A stretch of DNA of 64,000 nt from Azolla caroliniana (Eukaryota; Plantae; Polypodiophyta). Every line of letters starts with the position of its first letter. The first letter of the stretch is position 1. The notes beneath the pieces were generated by a model, which saw only the letters and a program-made list of their open reading frames with translations, was not told the origin of the DNA and did not search any database. The position numbers and the translations under genes are program-made. Shown here in pieces: positions 12,774-24,615 of the stretch. Location of the stretch: positions 21,576,001-21,640,000 of the forward strand of contig JBHGNT010000010.1 of NCBI GenBank assembly GCA_043228905.1, written 5' to 3'.

Positions 12774-14891
12774 ATGAAAGGGTCGGATCTTGCGGAGGCC
12801 ATGGCTTCGGCCGTGGATCGGATATTGAGCGCACGCGAGGGCTCCGGCGCCCTCGACAGAGCCATTGAGGCGGTCGTCGGTACGATCGGCCGGTTCAGCG
12901 GAAAGGATGCCACGAAGTATTTGGCGTCCTATGGGGCAGAAATGCTGATGCGGGACATTCCGGAAGAGAGGCGTCTTGCCGGGTTTCCTCGAGTGGCGAT
13001 GCCGAGCATCCATGCGGAGGTGCGGGCGGAGAGCCGTACCTGGGAGGAGTTCGAAGGCCGACTCCTGGAAAAATATGGGCTGGACGACGCGCTCCGGCTT
13101 TCGAAACGAGACTTCATGGAATGGGTGGAGTCCCCCGGCAAGGGAAGAAACGCGTCGGCACTCCTCCGGGAATTCGAAGAACGCTTTGTGCGCCTTTTGG
13201 CGCTTGACCGAACCGTTCTGGATACGAGCCGGGTCCTACTGTTCGTCAAGTCGGTGGACGAGCGGGACCGGGATCAAGTCGGCTCCTTGCTGGAAACCGA
13301 AGACGGGCTGACGACCGACTGGGCTGCGGTTAAGAGAGTCTGTGGCCGTTTCGACAAACGGCGAGAATGGGCTGACAACGGGGCGGCTGGTGCGGGCTCT
13401 GTCACATCAAGGAGGCTTGAACCGGCACCACAAGGACGAAGGGAAGAAACCCGGGAATGGCTCGAAACCGGTCCGGCTTCGACCGGCATGGTCAGTGGCT
13501 CGTCCGGAGGAGCAGCGCTGGAGGAGTTGACGCGAGCGATAAAGGATCTCCAGATCGCCCAGACTCGAAGGGAAGGCGGCGAACCGGCTCGTGACCGACG
13601 GCCGGTAGCAGGGAACAGGTGCATGTGGTGCGACGAGGTCGGCCACATCCGGAAGGACTGCGGCGGTTTCGCAGAAGCGTTGAGGAACCGGGTGGTATAC
13701 CTGTGGGAAGGCCGGGTGCATGCCGGCGACACCAGAAGGGCCCTAAACCGAAACGACGGGCGAGGAGGAATGAAGAGACTGATGGAAGAGGCAGCGGCCC
13801 GACACGTGGAGGCCATCCATTACTCGGCGTCGGCCGACATTCGGGTCGGGGGCAGCGAGGCCCGAAAGGAGGGCAAAGACGGATTTTGGTTAGCAATGCT
13901 GGAAGTTCTTGCCGGCGCACGGCTAAGGAAAGATGAAACAGACCGCGCCGTGAGACGGGTTCGGGAAATAACCGGGTGGAGCGACCTGGTCGAGGAGAAG
14001 ACGGGCTTCGTAGAAGCCGCCTGCCGGAACTACGAGGCTCTGGTAGAAGACAAACGAGTGGGGAAAGCCGGAGCGGCCGGGCCCTCACAACGATACGAGA
14101 CCCGATTCGGGCAACGACGGAACGATGTCGGTGGGTCCAGCGCGCAGGATAACCCCAAGAAGGGCGGATACCGACTAGGGACGAAAATAGAAAGGGCCAC
14201 GGACCTATGAAAGGTCTTAGAAGAACGGATCCTCGACAGCAAAGTGGAGCTGTCATTGCGGGAGGTGCTAGGGATCGCCAAGATGGAGTTCCACGACTCC
14301 ATTGTGGACTTGGTGAAACGGAAGAGGCTGTCGACGGAGACGGAACCGGAAAGACCGGTGGAGGTGTGGACGACGCACATCGATGACTTGGCGCTGGAAG
14401 ATGAGTGGGCGGAGAGCCACTATTCGAGGCCGCACTGGGCCCGAGCGACCACGGAGACCCCGGTAAAGATCGGAGATGTTCAGGAACCGGTGGTGGCACT
14501 GGTGGACCACGGTTCGGAAATAAACCTGATGTCCATGGACTTCTACAAAAAGGGAAAGTGGCCGATCAACACCAAGCACGGGTGGAAGATACGGGCGGCG
14601 ACGCGCGCCACCGAGGAACTGCACGGGGCCTGCCCGAACGTGCGAGTCAAGATCGGCGACGTCGAGATTGACCAGCACTTCTTCGTACAGGAGACGTCCT
14701 CGCACCCGGCCATATTAGGGGAACCATACATCACGGCGGCGCGAATGGAGACCAAGGTGCTGGACAACGGTTCGGCTTACGCAAGGGTCAAAAGCCAGGA
14801 CGAGCGCCATTCGGTCCAATTTCTGACGGTGCGGCCGAACCACGAGCGAAACCGCGAATCCCTCGGTGGCGAGAACCGGGAGGATTTTTAG
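12774..14891 (+). pseudogene. gag: gag-protease ORF of element C (one premature stop at 14208-14210)
   Basis: CMWCDEVGHIRKDC knuckle and ALVDHGSEINL protease motif in the same frame; ends ...REDF*. Confidence 0.92.
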
Positions 14892-17800
14892 AGAGGGCTG
14901 CCAAGGCGTGGGGCCGAGACAGCCCGGACACTCGGGAAAGACCCCACGACTGTACGATAGAACCGAAACCGAAGGAACCCTGTACGATAGGTAGGAAATT
15001 TTGCTTCTCCAACAACGGAGGGTGTATGCTAGTCGGCATCGTTGGCCGAGAAAAGGCAAGGGCGGAAGTGCAACTTCGAGCGAGCGGAGTTCTCGGCCCG
15101 GACGAGGAAATCAGCGGGGCCGTGGAGGCGGTCTCCTTCGACGACACCTTGGGGATGCTGAGGAAGGTAGCCGGAGAAGACCTTAACGAAGACCGGACGA
15201 TACCGGTATGTTCCGAAGAGATGTACGAAGTCATCGCGAACTTCAGCCAGGGGCTCCGGTCGGATCGGACGGCCCGAGTTAGCACGAAGTACAAGACTGT
15301 GGACCGGAAGGTAAGGCCAGTCGCGGCACCCTTACCGGAGGGCAGCGAGTCCCGAATCAGAGGGGTTGCGTCGGACCCCAGTTTACGAGATCGGGCCTGC
15401 ATAGGACACACCTTCACCGACGGGACGCTCCGGGAGCTCAAGATCGGTGGGGGCGGGTTCCTACTGCCGGCGGAGGAAGACCGGTTTCGGAGAATGCTCG
15501 GAAGGCACGGGAAAGCCTTCGCATTTTCACCGGAAGAGATCGGGTGCGTAGACCCGACAATCGTGGAGCCGATGGTGATATTCACGGTACCGCATGTGCC
15601 GTGGAATCTCAAGCCGATTCCGGTACCAAGAGCTCACATCCCGGAGTTGATGGAGCTACTGAGGCAGAAAGTCGAGTGCGCCATACTCAAACCGATGGTT
15701 TACTGTACCAAAGAAAAACGGGACATTGCGCTTCATTCAAGACCTGCAGCCGGTCAACAAAGTGACCATTCGTAACGCAGGGGTCAGACCGACCATAGAC
15801 GAGTTCGCGGAGGCCTTCGCCGGAAGGTCGATTTATTCGGTCGGTGATCTATACTCGGGGTACGACCAGTTCCAGCTAGCCATGGAGAGTAGAGACATTA
15901 CGACGATGCGAACTCCCCTCGGCCTAGTGCGAATGTGTACCCTGCCACGAGGGACCAACTCGGTGGCCCACATGGTGAATGCAATGAACAAGGTACTGAG
16001 GGATTGCATCCCGAACATCACCATGCCATTTCTAGACGACATCCCGATCAAGGGGTGCCCGGTGGAAGAGAAGGACGCAACACTCGGACCGGACGGATGC
16101 CAGCGATTCGTGGCAACACACATCGACAACTGCGAGAAGGTGCTACAAAGGCTAGAGGATGCGAGGCTCACCTTCTCCGAGGAGAAATCGGCCTTCGGGC
16201 AATCGGAAATTTTGGTGGTCGGACACCTATGTGGACCATATGGCCGGCAGCTGTCTCCGGCAAAGGTAGAAGCCATCTCCGCGATGAAGACCGACTGTAG
16301 CTCGGTTACGGAAGTTCGGAGGTTCCTGGGGGCATGCACGTTCTAGCACATATGGATCCCACATTGCGCCCACGTTGCGGAGCCGCTATACGGGTTGCTG
16401 AAGAAAGGGCGAAAATTCGAGTGGCGAGACGAGCACACGGAGTCGGTCCGGAAGCTGAAGGAAGCTCTTGCGGCAGCACCGACGCTCCGGAAGGCTGTCT
16501 ACGAGAAGGGTACCCCGGTATACATAACGGTGGATACGAGTCCGACCGGGATCGGATGGGTCGTCAACCAAGAAAACAAGGACGGCACCCGGTTCCCGAT
16601 CCGATTCGGCGCGAAGGTCCTCAGTGAGCGACAACGAGGGTACGCCCAGGTTAAACGCGAACTCTGGGGTATCGTTTCGGCAGTAAAGGCCGACAAAGAC
16701 TACCTGATCGGGACGGAAGTGATTATCGAGACGGATTGCCTGCCAATTCTCGGCATGGTCTCCGGATGCGCGACACCGGACCTGGCGATGCTCAGGTGGA
16801 TAGCGTACATCAAGTCCCTGGATCCGGAAATACGGCACATTTCTGGAAAGGACAACGCCATGGCCGACATGCTTTCGAGGGCGAGGTTTGATGACGAGGG
16901 CGGCATGGTTTCGGAGGACGAAGAAGTCGGCGTGGACTTCTTCGAGGCGGCGTACGTGACGACCGATGGGACGAGCACTCCGGCACTTAACGACTTCGAC
17001 GAGAGCAAGTACGACGGCGAGTGGCTCCAGATCGATGGATTTTTGAGGACAATGACGTCGGATGCGTCATGGACGAAGGACGAGGCCAACCGGATCCGGA
17101 AGAAAGCTTACCGATTCTTTCTCCGGGACGGATATTTATGGAAGCACCCGAAGAAGAGGAACGGCGTCCCGCTCCGGGTGGTGGCGATGAAGGAAGAACA
17201 GGAGGAGCTGCTGACGGCCTACCACGATAGCCCTTGGGCTGGACACCGTGGAACATGGGCCACGTTCGAGAAGATAAAGGGGAAGTACTGGTGGCCGGGA
17301 CTGTACCGGGACGTGCATCGGTTCGTGACAACTTGCGAGAGCTGTCAGATGCACTCCATAGTCCGGCATCGGGACGAGCTTCACCCTACGTACCCTACGT
17401 ACCCTCCGACCATCCACTTCAAATGGATGGTAGATCTGGTGACGATGCCGATGGGCGTAGGACAAATGCGGTATTTGGTCCTGGCTCGGGAAGATCTGAC
17501 GAACCAGGTGGAAGGCCGAGCCCTTCAGAACAAAACGACCGCGGCCGTATGTCGGTTCCTGATCGAGGACGTGATATGCCGGTATGGGTGCGTCGGGAAG
17601 ATCGTGGCTGATCGCGGGGAGTTGGACGCCGAAGAGGCCGAGGAGCTATTCGACCAGCTAGGAGTCAAGCTCTCGCTTACCACTGCGTACAATCCGGAGG
17701 CGAATGGGAAGGTGGAGCGCGGACACGGACCGATCGTCAAGGCGTTAGTTCGGGCATGCGGAGGTCAAGTCGGGAACTGGCCGCGGCTGCTGCCTTACGC

Positions 17801-18368
17801 GTTGTGGGCGGACCGAACTACGCACAGTTCGGTAACCGGATTCATGCCGGTAGAGCTCATGTTTGGGCAGAAGCCGATCATGTCGATGGAAAGTACGATC
17901 TCCTCATGGGCAACCGTGGCCTGGAGAGATGAGATGAGCCGGGAGGAACTGTTGGCGGCGCGCATACGACAGCTCGAGCGAAGACCGGAGGACGTGGAGC
18001 AGGCTGCGGAAAAGCTTTGGGAAGCAAGGATGAGGAACAAAGCCCGGTTCGACTGAACGCACCGGCTCCGACCGAAGAAGATCGAGGAAGGCGACTGGGT
18101 GCTATTCTACGACAGCAGCCTCGACAACCAGCACCGAGCGACACGAAAGTTCGCAAGAAGGTGGTTCAGGCCTTACATGGTACAAAGCGCCAACGACAAC
18201 GGGACGTACCATCTGGCGGAACTCGACGGCACGAGAATGGCGATACCGGTAGCTGGGAAGCGGATCAAAGCGTTCAAGAAGCGTCACGACAACGAGCCGG
18301 GTCCGGTTAACCTGGACCGGAACGACGAACGATCCAAAACCGAGGAAGAACCGACGGGCAGGGAATGA
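14882..18368 (+). pseudogene. pol: RT-RNase H-integrase ORF of element C (-1 frame relative to gag-PR)
   Basis: ORFs 15026-15775, 15726-16346 (FLDD), 16395-18056 and 18099-18368; one small deletion and two stops. Confidence 0.93.
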
Positions 18369-19363
18369 AGGCTGGACCGGTTTTCTCCGTCCCAACTCAA
18401 TTTGGCGCATGCCGGTGGATGCGCGGTTAGGTGGGGGCGGATGTCGTGAAGAAAACCGTCCACAAGCGGAATCGGCGCACCGGAGCATAGGAACCGGCTC
18501 TTCATGCACGTACGCCTTGTGTTGTACATAGGAGAGAATTAGGGACATGGGAGATCCTAGGTAGGTAGATTCGGTAGGTAGGAAGTTAATAGGAAACGGC
18601 TCCCTTCTTGCCTATAAAAGGAGGGAGACAAGGAGGAGGCGAGGTATCGCGAAGTAAGAGAGGACGAAGTGCTGTCGGATTGTGGGCGAAGGCTTCTCTC
18701 TCTCTTCCAAACTCCATAGCTTCTTTCTGCGCAGGTTTCGGGAGGCTCGCGTTGCTCTGAGGAATGCCCGAGTGCTTCCGGCAGCACCTCCAACCTACTC
18801 CTTTCTTTCTGTGCGTTTACGAACAGGCATCGGCATCTGTTCGCCGGCCTGTTCGGTTGTAACCGACTTCGTGTTCTTGTTGTTTGTCTTTGTTAATACA
18901 TACATACATTCGTGTCTATCTATGTCGCTGTCCCACTCGCGTCTTTGTGTCGAAGGGCCGTGTCCCTGCGAATCTACGCTCGCACGTAGTGGGTTCCCTT
19001 CTCCTTTCTCTCTCGCTCTTCGGTACAAGACCCCCGAGGTCCCGCCTCATTCCACGCATCCGCGAGGAATACCTCGACAGCGCGTGCGTGGAGAAAGGCG
19101 GGACCACGAGAGTCTTGGACTAGGGAGTGACGGAGCGTAGGAGGTCGTGCTTCACCGTTTCCGGGGAGATCCCAGAAGAACACCGGAAGCGACCGAAGGG
19201 AGAGAGAGAAAGAGAGGGAGCGCGCGCTTAACACCGACTCACGCACACACACGCACACACACACACATGCCGACCCGACTCACGCCCTTATGTACAGGAA
19301 ACGCAGGAAAGGGGAAACACCCGATACCAACGGAGACGCGAATATACACAGACAGACGCAACG

Positions 19364-19395
<32 letters not shown>

Positions 19396-19562
19396 GAAGA
19401 ATACATTCCTGGCGTCGAGCCGGACCAAGGTAGGTTACAACAGTCGTCGGCTGCCAAGCCGCCGGTCGGGGAGCTCACGGGCTCGTCGCGCCGAGCGGGG
19501 TCTTGCGCAGGAGACGAGCTGAAGCAAACCCTAAGCAAACACGAAGGGGGTAGAAGAAGAAG

Positions 19563-19593
<31 letters not shown>

Positions 19594-19856
19594 GTAGCTA
19601 ACCCTAAATCTAACGGTATACCCTCTAACGCAAAATGAGCAACCCGTTCACAAAGGGCGCTCCCTTCCTTTTATAGAACAAGGAGAGGGATGCGTTACAA
19701 TGTGGGATAAATCCCGATTTACATGGGATCGTCTGTCCTGACTTGACTACTCTTCGGCACCATAAAGGCGCCCTCGTTATTCACACTAAATGTACATGGG
19801 TGCGTACACACGCTGCACCCCGCCGATGTAGCCAATGTTTCCCGGTTTCCGCCTTT

Positions 19857-20935
19857 GGCAGGGTACACATCCGTACTAGGCCGAGAGGAGTTCGCATTGT
19901 CGTGATGTGTTTGCTCTCTATTGCAAGTTGGAACTGATAGTACCCCGAGGAGAGATCACCGACCGAGTAAATCGACCTTCCAGCGAAGGCCTCCGCGAAC
20001 TCGTCTATTGTCGATCCGATTCCTGCGTTTCGAATAATCACCTTGTTGACCGACTGCAGGTCTTGAATAAAGCGCAGCGTGCCGTCCTTCTTCGGCACGG
20101 TAAACCACCGATTCGAGTATGGGGCACTCGAAGGTTCGAGGATTCCCATCTCGACCTTCTGCTTTAACAGCTCCATCCGCTTCGGGATGTGAGCTCTGGG
20201 TACTGGAATCGGTTTGAGACTCCACGGCACATGCGGTACCGTGAATATCACCATTGGTTCCACGACTGTCGGGTCTACGCACCCGATCTCCTCCGGTGAG
20301 AATGCGAAAGCCTTCCCGTGCCTTCCGAGCATTCCCCGAAACCGGTCTTCCTCCGCCAGCAGTAGGAAGCCGCCCCCACCGACCTTGAGCTCCCGTAGCG
20401 TTATGTCGGTGAACGTGTGTCCTATGCGGGCCGGATTTCGTAAACTCGGGTCCGACGCAACCCCTTTTATTCGCAACTCGCTGCCCTCCAGCAAGGGAGC
20501 CGCGACTGGCCTCGACTTCCGGTCCACAGTCTTGTACCTCGTGTCCACTCGGGCCGTTCGAACCGACTCAAGCCCTCTTCCGAAGTCTGCAATGACTTCG
20601 TACATCTTTTCCGAACATACCGGAATCGTCCGGTCCTCTTTAAGGAATCCTCCAACTACCTCTCATAGCTTCCCCAAGGTATCGTCGAAAGAGACCGCCT
20701 CCACGGCTCCGTTGATTTACTCTCCAAGGCAGAGGATGCCACATGCCCGAAGTCGCTCCTCCGCCCTCTTCTTCTTCCGCCCAACAACGTCAACTATCGT
20801 ACACCCTCCGTTGTCGGAGAACCAAAATTTCCTACTTATAGTACTGGTCTTCTTCGCTATCGTACACTTGTGGGGTTTTCCCGGAGTGTCCGGACTATTG
20901 CGGTCCCACGCCTTGATAGCCCTCTCTAAAAATCC
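19857..20935 (-). pseudogene. pol: N-terminal pol/RT part of element B
   Basis: ORF 19781-20605 (WFTVPKKDGTLRFIQDLQ...MCTLP); about 300 bp of RT missing at the junction with LTR X. Confidence 0.9.
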
Positions 20936-23026
20936 TCTCGGCTTTCTCCCCCGAGGGTCTCGCGGTTCTGCTCATGGTTCGGTCTCACCGTCAGCAACTG
21001 GACCGAGTGATGCCCATCCTGGCTCTTGACCCTTGCATAGGCCGAGCCGTTGTCCAGCACCTTGGTCTCCATCCGTGCTGTCGTGATGTACGGTTCTCCT
21101 AGTATAACCGGATGTGAGGACGTCTCTTGCACGAAGAAGTGCTGGTCAATCTCGACATCGCCGATCTTTACTCGTACATTCGGGCAGGCTCCATGCAGTT
21201 CTTCGGTGCCACGCGTCGCTGCCCGTATCTTCCACCCGTGCTTGGTGTTGATCGGCCATTTCCCTTTCTTGTAGAAGTCCATGGACATCAAATTGATTTC
21301 TGAACCGTGGTCTACCAACGCCACCACCGGTTCTTGAACATCTCCGATCTTCACGGGGGTCTCCGTAGTCGCTCTAGCCCAGTGCGGCCTCGAATAGTGG
21401 CTCTCCGCCAACTCGTCTTCCAGCGCCATGTCCTCTATGTGCGTCGTTCGCACCTCCACCGACTTCTCCGGTTCTTCCTCCGTTGACAGCCTCTTCCTCT
21501 TCACCAAGTCTAAGATGGAGTCGTGGAACTCCTTCTTGGCGATCCCGAGCACTTCCCACAGCGACAGTTCCACCTTGCTGTCGAGGATTCGTTCTTCTAG
21601 GACCTTTCGCAGGTCCGTGGTTCTTTCGATTTCTGTGCCCAGCTGGTATCCGCCCCTCTTGGGATTATCCTGGGCGCCGGTTGCACCGGCCTCATTCCGC
21701 CTTTGCCCGAACCGAGTTTCATATCGTTGCGAGGGCCCGCTTGTCCTCCACCAGAGCCTCGTAGTTTTGACAAGCGGCTTCGACGAAGCCCGTCTTTTCT
21801 TCCACCGGGTCACTCCACCGGGTCACCTCCCGGACCCGTTTTTCCGCGCGGTTCGCCTCTTCGTTCCTTAGACGTGCGCCGGCGAGGCCTTCTAGCATCG
21901 TCAGCCAGAACCCGGCTTTGTTCGTCTTCGGGGCCTCGCCACCTCCGACCCGAATACCAGCTGACGCCGAGTAGTGGACGGTCTCCGCGTGACGAGCCGC
22001 CTCCTCCATCAGCCTTTTCATACCCCCTCGCCCGACGTTTAGATTCAAGGCCCTTCGGGTCTCGCTGGCGTGCACCCGACCGTTCCACAGGTACACCACG
22101 TTGCTTCTCACCGCCTCGGCGAAGTCCCCGCAGTACTTCCGGATGTGCCCGACCGCGTCACACCACATGCACATGTTTTCATCCAGAGGTCGTCGGTCAC
22201 GGGCCTGTTCGCCACCATCCCTCCGTGCCTGGGCGATCTGGAGATCCTTTACCATCCGCGTCAGCTCCTCCAGAGCTGCTCCCCCGGACGAGCCCTTGAC
22301 CATGCCGGTTGAAGCCGACCCGGTCTCGAGCCAATCTCGGGTCTCCTCCCTTCGCGTTGGTGGTGTTGGCTCGAGCTTCCTTGCTGCGACAGAGCCCGCC
22401 CCTGTCGATCCTTTGTCAATCCATTCCCGCCGTTTGTCGAAACGACCACAAACCCTTTTCACCACGGCCCAGTCGGCCGTCAGCCCGTCGTCAATCTCCA
22501 ACAGGGGGCCTACCTGGTCCCGATCCCGCTCGTCAACTGACTTAACAAACAATAGGACACGACTTGTGTCCAGAACGGTCTGGTCAAGCACCAAGAGGCA
22601 CGCGAAGCGTTCCTCAAACTCCCGAAGGAGCACTGACACGTTCCTTCCTTTGTCGGGGGTCTCCACCCACTCCATGAAGTCCCGCTTCGAAAGTCGAAGC
22701 GCATCTTCAAGCCCGTATCTTTCGAGGAGCCGACGTTCGAACTCCTCCCAGGTCCGGCTCTCGGCCCGTACCTCGAGCACCTCCGCATGGATGCCCGGCA
22801 TCGCCACTCGAGGGAATCCGGCTAGTCGCCTCTCTTCCGGAATGTCCCGCATTACCATCTCAGCCTGGTAGGACGCCAAGTAGCTCGTGGCATCCTTCCC
22901 ACTAAACCGACCGATCATACCGACAACCGCCTCGATAGCCCTATCAAGGGCTCCGGTGCCTTCGCGCGCACTCACTATACGGTCCACAGTCGAAGCCATG
23001 GCTTCTGCAAGGTCCGACCCCCTCAT
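20926..23026 (-). pseudogene. gag: gag-protease of element B
   Basis: ORFs 21719-23026 and 20926-21813, collinear with element C gag-PR; one frameshifting deletion. Confidence 0.92.
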
Positions 23027-23069
23027 CTTCTACTCCTCTGCCGCCTGTTCACGTCGGGTTCACCAAATA

Positions 23070-23759
23070 TGTCGTGTTGTTACGCGCGTGTGTGGAGAAC
23101 AAGGCGGGATCACTGGGGTCTTGGACCGAGGAATAGGTGAGAATAGAGAGAGAGAGAGAGAGAGAGAGACACGCTCACACACGGATAGACAAAGAAGCGC
23201 GCGGGAACGCAGCCCGATCAACACAAGAGACACAAGTTGGGCAGGAGGTAGAGTATAAGAACGCGTATATAAATATATGTATGCAGATGACTCGGACGGT
23301 TACAACCGATCAGGTCGGCGAGACGGGTGTCGACACCTGATCACCCACGCATACAGGGGAGCAAGATGGAGATTCTGCCGGAAGCACATGGGCGTTCCAC
23401 GGAGCAGAATCAGCCACTCGAGAACCTGCGCAAAGAAAGCTTATGGAGAACGACAGAGGAGAATAGCTCGGTCCCAGTCCGACAGCACTTCGTCCCCTCT
23501 AGCGCGCGATACTCTCTCTCCCCCGTCTCCCTCTCTTTTATAGCTCAAGGAGGGAGGCCGTCTTGCCCGTTTACATCACATTAATTCTCTGTCCTTTCGG
23601 ACAGAGATACTCCTCGATTCTCCCTATAGAATATTGCTACCTAGGATCTAACCCTTGTGCCTACCTATCTACTTTACGACAAGGGACGTGCCCACGTGTA
23701 AGGGCCGGTTCACACACATTATACACGGTTTGCGCCTGGGGATGGTTTTCTTCACGACA
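23070..23759 (-). repeat. 5' LTR of element B
   Basis: Adjacent to the Trp PBS; direct repeat of 9194-9873. Confidence 0.95.
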
Positions 23760-23763
23760 ACGG

Positions 23764-24615
23764 ACAGGAAACCGAACCGACCGAAGAAGAAGAAGAAGAA
23801 GACACCGGAACCGGACAAGATCCCGAATCGGATTCGGATTCAGAACAAACAAAGGAACCGGCAGTCAGAAACCAAGGACGGAGATATCCTCTCCGGGATA
23901 GAAGTGCCCCCCGAAGATTTCCGGATGCAGAGCATGTGTTGCTAACCGATGAGGGGGAGCCGGAAAGCTTTGAAGAAGCAAGGGTAGACACCCACAGCCG
24001 CAAGTGGTTAAATGCCCTACATGATGAGATGGATTCCCTGCATGAGAACCATACAAATAAATTGGTGGAGTTGCCGAAAAGAAAGAGGGCACTCCAGAAC
24101 AAGTGGGTGTACAAGCTGAAACCGGGAGATGCCGGAAATCCACCAAGGTATAAGGCCCGAATCGTGATGAAGGGCTTCTAGCAGAAGAAAGGAGTGGACT
24201 TTGATGAGATCTTTGCCCCGGTAGTAAAGATGACATGCATCCGGACGGGTATTGGGCATAGCGGCAAGCATGGACCTTGAGGTAGAGCAACTGGACGTCA
24301 AGACGACATTCCTACACCGAGACCTCGAAGAAGAGATCTACATGCATCAACCGGAAGGATTTGAGAAGAAGGGGAAGGAGCACCTGGTGTGCCGACTGAA
24401 GAAGAACTTATATGGACTGAAGCAAGCTCCCCGGCAATGGTATCGGAAGTTTGACTCCTTCATGACCGATGAAGGGTACCACAAGTCGCAGGCCGATCAC
24501 TGCGTGTTTGTAAAGAAATTTGATGGAGGAGATTTCCTGATATTGCTCCTTTATGTGGACGACATGTTGATCGTCGGACGAGACTGAGTCAAGATACGGA
24601 TGCTGAAGAAGGCCC
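23764..24615 (+). pseudogene. copia reverse transcriptase (continuation of 6947-9193), truncated
   Basis: EPESFEEA, YKARIVMKGF, LYGLKQAPRQWY, LLYVDDML. Confidence 0.92.

Larger units (their letters stand above)
12092..19079 (+). mobile_element. Full-length tRNA-Trp-primed Ty3/gypsy element C
   Basis: 638-bp LTRs 12092-12729 and 18442-19079 (about 16 substitutions by eye, mostly transitions); PBS TGGTGAACCCGACGTGA 12733-12749; PPT before 18442; perfect 4-bp TSD GCGC. Confidence 0.96.
12074..19856 (-). mobile_element. Near-complete LTR X (same family as the LTR at 43989-44778), interrupted by element C and fused to B pol by a deletion
   Basis: 12074-12091 plus 19084-19856 is the reverse complement of 43989-44778 minus the last ~20 nt; left flank ACGG; contains (TA)n and (AGA)n microsatellites. 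Confidence 0.85.
9194..23759 (-). mobile_element. tRNA-Trp-primed non-chromovirus Ty3/gypsy element B (carries nested insertions)
   Basis: LTRs 9194-9873 and 23070-23759; PBS complement TCACGTCGGGTTCACCA 23049-23065; PPT complement from 9874; 4-bp TSD ACCG/ACGG (one mismatch). Confidence 0.93.
6342..24615 (+). mobile_element. Ty1/copia element (Tnt1-like), 3'-truncated, split by the 9194-23759 insertion
   Basis: LTR 6342-6917, tRNA-iMet PBS TGGTATTAGAGC 6921-6932, gag-PR-IN 6947-9193, RT 23764-24615 (LLYVDDML). Removing the insert plus 4 bp restores the reading frame. Confidence 0.92.

Noticed and set aside
18368-18441. env-like or extra ORF downstream of integrase in the Trp-primed elements
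   Set aside because: Only about 70 bp separate the integrase stop from the LTR.
19365-19592. (TA)n, (AGA)n and (GA)n microsatellites in LTRs
   Set aside because: Ordinary variable-length LTR microsatellites.
12332-23258. Numerous long antisense and alternative-frame ORFs (e.g. 13492-14499, 14788-15612, 20214-21029, 22101-22871)
   Set aside because: Shadows of GC-rich gag/pol coding sequence or LTR low-complexity DNA; no independent motifs.
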